NCBI RefSeq assembly: GCF_022539665.2
Contig: NC_081331.1
Span: forward strand, 2,790,001 to 2,854,000
Source of the DNA: Daphnia carinata
Lineage: Eukaryota
DNA length: 64,000 bases
Reading direction: 5' to 3'
Part shown: one piece after another, positions 52,801 through 64,000 of the stretch
Position numbering within the stretch: position 1 is the first letter of the stretch
Layout of the letters: every line of letters begins with the position of its first letter
Notes under the pieces: generated by a model
Told to the model about the DNA's origin: nothing
Databases searched by the model: none
What the model saw: the letters and a program-made list of their open reading frames with translations, nothing else
Made by a program: the position numbers and the translations under genes

Positions 52801-55800
52801 CTAAGAAGGTAATGAGCCTATTATTTAGACCGAGTCGTGGTGGTTGCATAATAGCTTCGCGTACAGCAGCATCCGCCTGAAACTTTTGCAGTGCGCTCTT
52901 GCCAGCCGCAAAGAAATCGATATATTCAGCTGTGCCAGTATATATATGTTAAATGTTGCTTCTGTGATGAGCTCCCTACTATACACGCATATCGCATATG
53001 TTTATATATATATATATACTGATTCTCACTGTTATAGAGCAACATCTCCTTCCAATCAGCTGTCTGACTGTACATAAAGTTAAGGCTGAGCAATCGATCA
53101 ACGTCAAGTCCTTGAAAAATTCCCCTGAATATTATGATATATATATATATCAAATGGGCTGTGGATCGATCCGCTGAAGGATGTATGCTCCAATCCATGC
53201 TATCGACTATATTGCAATTTAAAAAAAGGACGTATGAATTTAGGCAAATTTCATCTATAGCCGTTTTTTTTTGGCCTTTGCGTGGTTGTATATCGTTTGG
53301 TAAATAATTCTTTATAAACATGCACGGATCGGACTTTTATAAATATATCGCATATAAAACAGTATACAACAAGGGCACAACACGCACGACATCCATGAAC
53401 TGTTTCTCATATGGATCAAGCCTGGCAATCTATACGATATGTAAATGTATTGTCCATATATTTGTCCGTCTAACTGCGTGAACGTGTCGTCATCAGTGCG
53501 CCGCTGATGGACACGATCGATCATATGATTTTGTACACGCAGCAAAAAAAAAAACAAAAAAGAAAAGCTATTCCCCCAAATATGAGGGGTCTTACATCAT
53601 TTATACATCAAAAGAGTTTCTTAGTCGCTGTTGGGCATTCTGGTTATGTGTTACGTGTAAGTATAAGATGATGCAATTTTATTAGAATATTATCCTACAT
53701 CTTTCTATTGTTTGTTGATCGAACGCAAAATTTATGTTATTCTAACTAATCGCGCCCTGAAGGTTCTCTGAAGTTTTTAAATCTATGAATAAACAAACAA
53801 AATGAATGATGTTTATATCCTCGTAAATTAGGTTGTCTTTTAAAGTGTTGATGTAGGGCTACGTGTTTGTCATCAAAATTCGGGGATGGCTGCCATCGTC
53901 GCGCTTTGAATGGCGGATGCGTTAACGGAAGAAGAAGGATCTACCATAAATTTTCACGTCTCATCACGTTCGTGACACCCTGATCTGCTTCCCTCCCATA
54001 CATCTGAAAGTCTAAGACCTTATGTACTTTGTTATACATAAAAATTGCGGGTATAAAATTTTAAGTTTTTGCTTTCCTGGTAAAGATGATTCTTAATTTA
54101 AGTGTAGACTACAAATTTTTTATAGGTGCTCTCGACGGCACACATTGTGCCTTTAGAGCGACTCTCTCCCTCTCTCTTTTATTTATTATTGCAATCGAAA
54201 AGAAATATCCGTGAGTGAAAAACGTTACCCTATTGCGGCGAAAGTTTTCAATGTGAAAGTTGGCCTTTTCATTTTGTCGTCCCTGCTGTTGTGCGAACTG
54301 CATATATATTAAGTCGTAGACTGTTGACAAAGATGTCGTATCTGCATGTCTGTATGCAAAGTCGATCAGCCAAAAAAGTCCAAAAAAAAATAGGGAGTGT
54401 TTGGCAGACGTTTCGAATATCACTGAAATTTTTTTCTTTTTGTCGACATAAAACGCAATTATCTACAACGTGAATGTTTCAACATATTGCAAATGGGTTC
54501 AACCAGCAATTTCTATACAGAGAAAAAAAAACACTCGGAATAATAATTTCTTTTTTTTACGCATATGTTTACTTATTGCCTGTTGTGTTTATGGCTGCCA
54601 ATATATGTGCCATGTCACAATTTGTACGACATATTGTCAGTCCCTAATAAACAAGCCACAGACATCTACGAAGACAGCCATAAAAAGAAAAATCTGATAT
54701 ATATATTGCTCACATTTGGCCATCGTCAATGTGCTATATGCGCAAAGAACTGCTGAGCTCGTTGCTACATTTGCCTATCGATGTGTAATGCACATCGTGT
54801 GTGTACAGATAACTATAAAACTTCCCCCCCCTCAATTTTGGGTATTTCCATAAGTCCATAAAAGCTATATAAGGCACAAGCTGCTGGAATTTTCGATTAA
54901 ACCCGAACTCGTCGTAAAAAATAGGAGACTCATACAGTAGCCCCCAACTGCAACACAAAAAAGCAAACGGTCACTGTGCGTATAAATATATATATATACA
55001 CTCACTCGGGGACGCTATATAATATAGGCCTTATAAATATTACTGCTGCTCTATACTGTCTTTCGTGAATATAGCCTTATGCAGCTGCTATGTGCTGGAG
55101 AGAAAGGGGCTGCAGATGAGGTGCATTTTTATATAGTCCCCGCGTTACCGATAAATCTATATCAAATACGCGTGCTATTTTGCGATGCCTTTTTGTTTCT
55201 TAAATGTTATTTTTATTTCATTTATCTATTTTGTTGTGTGCTGTGTATAGTGGTAGACATAAAGCTAATGTGCTTTAATTTATACTAGCCATATTCCCCG
55301 TATGGAATCGGCAATAACCTATGAACGGTGCCATTGTAAACATTTGTTTTATTCATTTTCGATTTGTTTAAATTTCTTAGTTTTCTTTTTTTTCTTGAAA
55401 TTGTTACCTTGAAAATTTCTTTTTGTAAAGAAAAAACAAAACAAAAAAAAACTATCTAGTCTACTAGGGGCGGTTCCGGTTGTTTGGCTGATGCGATTCT
55501 CTCATTCTCTATATGTAGAAGCCAAAAAATAAAAGAAAGGGTTGCTTTCGCTTCAATTGTTTGCCCGCCCACATTCAATTTCCCTGCAGTTCATCCAGCA
55601 TGATTTCATACTTATTTATATGTATACATACGTATATTATGTATATATATATATATGTATAAATGCACAGCAATCGGATCGATGTTCGTGGATAAAGAAT
55701 TCATCGCAAGACTTCTCTTTTCTTTAACGTAAAACGTAGAAACAAAAAAGAAAAGGGCGAGATTCGGTAGGGTTTTGGCAGGGCTATAATTCCGCCGAGA

Positions 55801-58800
55801 TTAACTCGGACACACAAACCAAATTGGAGTCATCCAGCCCTGTATATCTATATAAGACTAAACTTACTTATCCCTCTCTCTGTCTGTTAGCTGCAAATCT
55901 AGTGACTAACCGAATAAATAAAGATAAAAACAAATTCCTTTAAAAGAATTTTCTGAAAAAATACACCAACCATGCAATAAAGAAAAGCAACGATTCATTT
56001 GTTTTATATGTACACACATCAGCCTAATATCCATATAGTCCATCACCCAGTATTTTTTTTTATTGCCATTATTATTTTCCATTATAAAAACAGAAGAAGA
56101 GAAAGAGGGATGGTTGCTGGGCCAGCGGAACATCCACGTCTCATATGCATCACGGCGGAATCACGCAAGCAAACGCCAACGTCCATCGCGAGCACCCAGG
56201 CAACAATAGACTTATTTCCTGTCCTTTTTTTTCTCTCTCTTCTTACCCTATCATCTTACACAAATATCAAGGGGGGAAAAAAATAGTTGATATGAAATCA
56301 ATCGGGAAGCTCATAGAATTATATAGGAAACAAAAGACATCAGACTTGATGTTGGTTCTCCCCCTTTTTTTTTTTTTGCTGTGGCTGCAATAGCCCATTA
56401 TTAAGAGCCGAGTAGCTTATTGTCGACCAGCACGAATCCCCCTATATCGACAATTGGACCCAGTAAGGTCATAACCTCAACCCAGTTGTGGGCCTCTCAT
56501 CCGTCGCATCGTTTACTCCACTTGAAAATGGGGGAGGGAAAAGAAGAAGAAAAAAAAATCTTGGCTCCCGTTTCTCTTTATATTATCTATACGCCTTCTG
56601 CTGTAAAGTATGTATATATACAGTCGAGTGAGTATATAACATTGGATGATGCGGACTTGTATATATTTGGAACCGTTTGGTCTTTTATTCTGTTTCCCTT
56701 CTCTCTTTTTTGTTTCTTTCCAAAGAGAACGAAAAGATCTTCTTGTTATTGTTTCCTGCCAGGGCAGACATGTAAGAGGAAGGAAGCGGAAGTAAAAGAT
56801 AGATATAAGAAAGAACTTGAATTTAAGACAGGAGAAAAGTGTTTCCCAGAAAAAAATGTTTAAATCAGCAGCTACTATTTACGCACATACAGAAGGAAGC
56901 TTTTTAAATATTTAGGCTATACGCAGTCTTCTTGTATAGACGCAAAGCACAATGTGTGTAGACTCTAAAACACTGTGGTTTTAGACTTGTTTCTATCACG
57001 CAGCTGTGCAATTAGTGTGAAACCTCGTGGAAAACTAGTTTAAATGTAATTTCGTTAATACGCCAACGTCATTCGAACACACATGCGGGAGTAATGAAAA
57101 CTCGTGAGGCTCCCTACAAATGAAAGAGATTTTTGCCTATAGTGCCCTCATCAAAAATGCAATTTCTAAAAACAGGCAAATCTGTAAGCCACCAGATCCA
57201 CACACACACACGCACACACACACACGGAGGTGGGAATCTCGTATGCTTCCCACAGATGATCGTCTTGTATACTGCGTAACCGAATTAAAAACTTGAGACA
57301 ACGTTGGCGGGTTGGATGTCGTCAAAGCTCATCCACCTCATAATTCAAACAGCCAACACACAGTGTGCACGTTCAAGAAACGCAAAAAATGAGAGGAGAA
57401 AAGATCAAAGGGAAGTGACACTCCAGAATGTAGACTTTACCTATTTCGGCCTTTATAGCATTCCCTGCACTCTCCTGCGGATCATCAAATAAAATGCTTT
57501 GCTTCTTTAAATTTCACGAATAGTTGATTCCTCAGGTTAGATGAAAAGTGCACGTTGTACGAAGCAATTGTCAAGAAGAACTGTGTGCTTAATGTTCCCC
57601 ACCCACTGCGGTATGTATATAATTCTCAATTGTGGAAACACACAGACGGAAATGGTACGCGTGCGCTCCGCACCGGAATCGTCGAACGACTGTCACTGTT
57701 CCGGCATCTACACACGCAGTGACTGCAAGTTATATATCAAATTCCGTCCCTTTTTTTTCTTCTCTTTTGCCTACCTATACCCCGTCACATGTGTTGTTTC
57801 TTTACAAGTAGAGCCGATGCTAGCAAGCTGGGCTCTGTTGAGGGTCTGCCCGGGGATCTACTAGCCCTAAGCATATCGGCGCTTGCGCAATTATTTCCTT
57901 TGGCGTAGAATTGCATCCCCATAGGCGGAAAACCAACTACCATCTACAGGATGAACATACAAACATCGCCAAAACCAAATAAAAATAAAAATAATAAAAA
58001 TTTAAAAAATAACAGGAGGCATCAATTTGTTAAAAGTCTATATAGACTGTATACAATTTAAACAAGCAATGCTCAGAGAAACGGCACTTATAATCCGGAG
58101 TTGGTATCTATCCGATTATTTCTTTAATCGTTCTTCATTTACGTCTTTGAAGCTTCCGTTGAATGCACAAAAGAATTGTGTAAAGGGTAAAATTCAATAA
58201 GTCAATACGATTGCTGGGGCGGCAGTTGATAATAATAAGGAGCCCGTATAACAAAAAAAAAAAACGTGACTTTTCTATTTTCTCCATTTCTCCGTAAAAA
58301 CTTTTTATAGAGGTCTGCTTCAGACAGAGAGGCTTCTATTATCTGTGTGTGTTTGGTCGCAATGTGTGTGATCTCTGCGTGTGCGTTGAACGGCGAAATC
58401 GATCACGGACTCCACTTGACTCTCTGATCCTGTCATCCTATATGAACTGCCATTGCGAACGAGTTGAGTTACACAGAAAACGTTGAATAATGCCATCCAT
58501 TATTCATCGCTTTGTATATATACCTGCCCCCTCTTTTATCGCACATTCCCCCCCCCCTTTTTTGTTCCTTTCGTTTCAGCTCCTCTAACGGAAGAATCGA
58601 TTCAACTTCTGCAAAAGATTCCACCTGACGACCGGCAAAACTGAAAGTATATCGCCCTCAATACCAGTAGAATTGTCTAGAAAAAAAAAGAAAAACTCTT
58701 CTTTGTAGGAGACGTATACTCACGGTCGATCACATTGATAACCAGAAAATTCGTTTTCAATCGAAGCAGCAACAAACAAAGGCCTAACGTGATTAGTTTA

Positions 58801-60517
58801 ACCTAAAGAGGATTGAACGCGTTCGGATATTTTGTTACAGGAGGAAATTCGTGATAGTTTTTTTGGAACTTTTTTTTTCTGTTCGCCCCTCTATACCAGA
58901 AAAAAGTTTCGGCGGAGAAGTTGACAGATTTATTCATGCGCGCAGTTTACACTTGTTTTCCCCGCCGCTTGTCCTTTTATTTACTCGGCGGCTTCGGATT
59001 AAATCCGTTTACGAGCATTGGTGTCACGTCACAAGATACGCTTAATTGCGCGTACACATGAAAATTGTGTTTCTAACAATTGATACGTATTTCATGTAGC
59101 TGACATATGGCATGATTTTATAATAGCGGGAATTCGTTGCATTTTTCTTAGCTTTGTGAATTAAAATGATTTGTTCACAAAAATAACAACTTCCTGAATA
59201 AGAAAATGTAGCTATACGGATGTACGGGAAGCAATCGCATTCGTATAATTGGCGCGTTGTTGTGGAAAACCTGCACCTTCAACCAAATCTTCCGGAAAAG
59301 GGAAATAAAATATATAAATAAGAGCCAATCATTTATAATTTTTTTTTCTTTATTTGCGATTGGTATACGCCTTGATCTGTCCACTCCACGGAGATGGCCC
59401 CCCAAAAAGAAAACGTTTCCAGGCTTATTGGCATCTGGAGTCTGATTGTTGCGTAGCTACATCTAATATTAAATCCCCGTGAGTGGATTGTAAAATGTAC
59501 CGGTATATTCTCATATGTTGCATTAAGCAAAAGCTTCGAGAGTGATAGCGTCTGAATTGATTATCCTTGAAAGGATGGGCATAATGAAGCTCAAGCTGCC
59601 TTTGCACGGCCAATCTTCCGGCGGTGTGCAGATGATGAAGGGGCTCCAGGGTTTGACAAAGTCGACATCATTTGTAAAGGTGTCACCAGCTTGGCGTGGG
59701 TGCAAGAAGAAAGTTCTCCAATCCAATTTTTTCCTCAAACCCTTTAATATGGAGACTTCGTGACTGATATTCGTGAGAGTCGTGCCAGGAGACGAGCAGT
59801 CACCTCATTTTTCAGTTGAATTGTCTTTCATGAGCACTTTTAGTTGATAAATAGGCTAGCTAGTTTGGACAGATATGTATCCATCAAATTGATATAACCT
59901 GGATACCGATCAAACGAACCAACTTTGGTCAAACTACATGTCCCGACATTAAGACCATTCATTGTTTTTTCTTTGCTTGAAGTTGCGAACAAATTGGCCA
60001 CTGACAAATGGATTTGAGAAGACGGTTGGAAGGCTTATTGACGTTTGTGGCATTCAGCACTTTTTCACCTACGATTGCAAGCCCTGGAGCAAATTTTGAC
60101 GATCGATTCGAATGAGTTAATGGACCGAAGCATCCCACTTTTTCCCCGACGAAAATCGATGCGTTTACCGAATTTTCTCGAAGTGTTCTAAGAATGGGCT
60201 CCTAGATGGCGTAGAGGGCTTGTGGAAATTAAAATGGTTTTTGGAATTGGCTCCTCCCATCTTTTTCCTTCTCGTACTACAGTCATGCTAGCAAGTCTGT
60301 CCTAGGTGAAACGTCGAAATCCCGCTATTCCACTATCTATCGAATCTGGCTGCACTTGCCTTTCGGACCCATCTGAACTTTCACTGTTGTAACGACTGCC
60401 GAGGGAGCCGAAACGAATTCTGCTCTTTCTTCGTCAATAAAAATCCAGACCCTTGGTCACTACCGTACTTCTTTACAATTTGTCTGTTATTGACATTGCG
60501 AAAAACTATTTGGAAGG

Positions 60518-62254
60518 ATGTATACCATTTCCAAAGGACCTAGTCAAATTGTGGCCAAAACACGGCGAGGTAAGGGCCATATTATCTCCAGTATTTCTAG
60601 AAACTTTCTCGTGAAGGGTTTTTCCTAGGAGATGTGTTATTTTCTCGCTTTCGTGTTACAACGTGAATGCGTGTGGATAAAATAATTACGTTACTAACGA
60701 TTACAGGACAGAAAGCACAGGTACATTGTGTAGTTGTATGCATGGAGGATAAAATAGTTCAGCATTTCGTGACTTTTTTATTAACGAAAATGTGTCTGCA
60801 AAAAACGTGGTTTTTGCCTCACGGCGTCCCTTAGCTTGTATTCTAAGAAAAAAAGATGAACTAGTTGAAAACATTCCAAATTCTTAAAAGAATGGTCAGT
60901 TTGCTTCCACGGAAAAAACTCTTTTTCCTGGTAGTCCATAAAGTTACGTAACTTTGCTGGTGCAGCAAAAAAAAATAAAAAGCAGTTTTAACGATGTTAT
61001 TTTCCTTCTCTTAGGACTGGCACAAAAACTGGAAAGTCTGGACACAATTCGCGACATGACGAGAAAGAATTCAGATTCGGATGAAGTGGAATCCCTCGGC
61101 TCCATGAGGTATTTATTTTAATGGCTAAAAACTGGAACGTCTACAATTGCATGATGAGTTTTCGTCCTGCTTGCTTTAACAGAGTGTACAGAATAATACA
61201 TGTGTTGTTTTGTTTCATTACTATTGCTAGCCCACCGAGACCTGTATTCCAAGCAGTGTGCACGACGAACAAACGCCACCACAGTTCCAATCACCGACAT
61301 CAACACCATCACCAGCAGCCCGAAATCCTTACTAGGAGTCAGCAAGAATTAATCAAATACGTTTACGAAAGTAAGTAATTTGTTTTTTGTTCCTTCCAAA
61401 TATGCTTTACTGGCGCCATCGTTTCGTCTCAGCCTCCCAGCAACAAAAACAAATGTTTTCAAAATTTCTTTAAAACATAACAAATACCGTAGCTTAAATA
61501 TCGATATGTTACTTGGACTTGCGAACGAAATGTAACACACGCGCGTCCATCCATCCCCAAGGCCTCTTTTGACGTCAGAGCAAACCCGGTGAAACCGGCC
61601 AATAATCGAGCTGGATCCGAGAGGTGTGCTTGCCATAGCAGAACGAAAACGCTAGGCTTTTCTTTATCGGTCCTTGTTGCTATGGCAACCTTTTGTCCTG
61701 GCTCCATCGCACGCACTGTATGATCGATCCCTTACGAGCACGCCTCAGATATCGATCATTTAGTTTCTCTTAGCCACGAGGAAAAAAAAATAAGCTATTT
61801 CTAGTTCCCCCCCCCCCGTTTTACTGAAACCTCTTCCACCCACCGCCCATTCTCGTGCACGTGAGTTCCCAGATACGTATGTATATTATTTTTTTTCTTT
61901 TTTTTTTTTGAATTCCATTGCAGGATGGCAGCGGGTGAACCGAGAATTGAAAACATTGCCAGCTGCCGAGGGTATGTTTCGTAATAGTTCCACTTACTTG
62001 ATGTATTTGGTAATGAATTGCTATGTTTATCGTCAACACCTCAGGTACCTCAGTGACTTATTATCAGGATGCCAGTCCTAATCCAGCCCTTCAAGGTGGG
62101 TCATGTTCTCATGTCCATCTCTTTATATTGGCTGGTCGAAAAAGGGAAACAGTGCCATAATAACTTAACTATCTTGTTTACAGATTTTGAACCTTTTGAC
62201 CTCGAGGGTTGGTGGGGCCGTCGTCTGTACCACACGCTGACTCAATCGATTTGA
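60518..62254 (+). CDS. MCRIP2: MAPK-regulated corepressor-interacting protein (MCRIP2/FAM195 family); exons 60518-60569, 61015-61108, 61231-61370, 61924-61971, 62045-62094, ~62184-62254
   Basis: N-terminus MYTISKGPSQIVAKTRRG, central SPPRPVFQ...QQELIKYVYERWQRV and C-terminal FEPFDLEGWWGRRLY are typical of FAM195/MCRIP; the six exons join in phase. Confidence 0.88.
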
Positions 62255-64000
62255 AAGCCAACGGGTCGTCAGGAGGTCTCTCAAAAAGTTCAGATGGCCT
62301 GTGAAAAGAGAAATTCACTCTTTACCTCGAAGCAAAAAGCAACAAAAAAGGAAAATATAACGAGAAAAGCCTCTTAGAAATCCTGCCAGGGACACCTGGA
62401 CGAAGCCGTAGAAATTGATGATTCCTTTCGTGAATTGATTATTAAATGCCCCACAATAAGAGAAGAAAAAAGGCTAGTGGGAACAGCAAAGAAAAAACAA
62501 AATTCAGGTGAATCGGAATCAGTAGCTGCCATATTTCGTTTATTTAGTCGCCAAGTCTGGTAGAAGCCCTCCCTGTCTTTCCCCTCTTCTCGAAAATTCG
62601 ATCCACTTAAAAACTGCTCACGTTACTGGTTTCCCCGAGTTAGTTTTGAAATAAATTTGAAGCGAGGGAGGGTGGAATAGGGTAGGCCCCATTATTATTT
62701 TTTTTCCTTTTTGTTCCAAAGTTCATTTTCTACCCCAGTTTTTTTTCCGTTGGTTGTTGGTCGGAACTCATTAGAAGCATGTGATACTGGTTGGGGGAGA
62801 GTGGAAGAGACAGAATATTGTGTAGTTGAAAAAAAGAAGTAAATGTGTAGTTGAAAAAAGAGGTGGGTTGTAAAATTTAAAGTCAAACGCACACCGGCCA
62901 CATCTTGTGTGCCCTGCTTTCTTGGCCCTGGTCCTTTGTCTTCTAGATATCAGGTTTCGTTTTGTAGGAACCAAAAAAGGACCACATGTTTCAACCAGCG
63001 GCCATTTTGACTTACCCTTTCTACCAATTATTTGTTTTGTTTTGATTTTATTTTAAATTCATGATTTTTGTTTCTGAATGAATGTCTGAAAGCCTGTTGG
63101 TCTGATGAATAGTCGATAAGAAAAATTGTAGTTAATGGTGATGAAATGTTAAGGGAAAACATGTGACCTGATGCCCCCTCCCCATGTAATCGAAAATGTT
63201 CGGGTGTGTGAGGTCCCTAGTGAAGGTATCCAACCCACCTATCGAAGCCTTACGGATGAAGGATGTATTACGATCGCTGTTCGCTATTTGATCTGCATCT
63301 AAAGACCGTAAGACTACGATTAGGAATCTCGCACTTCACGTGGTCTGTGCCGTTTGTTGATCAGTTTTAAAAAGACGAAAGAAAAACCCATAAATCAATT
63401 TCCGTCTCATCTCCCCCTCGATCACCTCGATGTAGTCGCAATTGTTCGGTTGACAATATAAAAAATGCTATATATATACAAAAAAAAACAAGAACTTGCC
63501 GTTTCATTTCCATATCTTTACCGAAGAACTTTGAATCTTATCAACCAATATTTTCCTATTTTTTTTTTTGTTTTCCTATTTTTTTTTGTTTTTTGTTTTT
63601 TGTTTTAAAACATTGTATTTTCAGGGAAAGTTGGGTCTATCGACCTTAGCGATTTTAGGAACAGATAACGAAGGTGAAGGTAGAAAAGGGCATGGCAACA
63701 TCTAGTTTAATGCATGAAGATCAATCCCCCTATGTTAACCTGAAGGTAAGGAGTACGGACTTGGAAGTCGATCTCGTTATAAGAAAAAAAAACTAAGTGA
63801 AGAGAAAAACAAACCTGAGATGGGAGTACTGCTAGACTAATGACGCCTTTAAAGCATTTGTTTTCTATTTTCTAACCGGTTTTAACCTGCTTGACGCGCT
63901 TATGGATTGCTATAGGGCACACAGTCCAAATCAAAACATCTTTTAAGCATACTTGGATTTAACCTTAACTCGTTTTAATGTCTGCCATTGTTGTTTTTCA

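Noticed and set aside
47300..59400. Numerous 60-150 aa ORFs in the long non-coding region
   Set aside because: Composition reflects AT-rich sequence and TA/CA/CT microsatellites; no domain or splice support.
59523..59800. Coding-looking stretch with overlapping ~70 aa ORFs on both strands
   Set aside because: No ATG-initiated or splice-supported model and no recognisable motif.

Overview
Eukaryotic genomic DNA: AT-rich, compact genes with many ~60-90 nt GT-AG introns. This architecture looks like a cladoceran crustacean such as Daphnia (inference only). Genes assembled by hand from splice signals, in order: an A20/AN1 zinc-finger gene (ZFAND5/6-like, +), an orphan single-pass membrane protein with a Cys-rich EGF-like module (-), MAU2/SCC4 (+), two tandem annexins (+), UPF1 (+), CDC73/parafibromin (-), CSN1/GPS1 (+), a multi-CUB-domain cell-surface protein (-) and MCRIP2/FAM195 (+). 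Between UPF1 and CDC73 (~22.6-32.1 kb) lies a composite non-autonomous repeat. Its outer part has degenerate terminal inverted repeats ending in CAGTG|TA plus arrays of subterminal motifs. Inside is a ~5 kb palindrome (two ~2.2 kb arms) and a third, partial arm. Each arm carries a decayed spliced gene and a near-invariant ~355 nt hairpin-rich GC island, and the palindrome loop holds three tRNA-like (Pol III A/B box) units. The first annexin has up to three candidate in-frame microexons (21, 30 and 15 nt), both annexins have a start codon split by an intron, and the second has lost several Ca2+-binding motifs and carries an extra intron. Coordinates were read by eye; no database searches were run.
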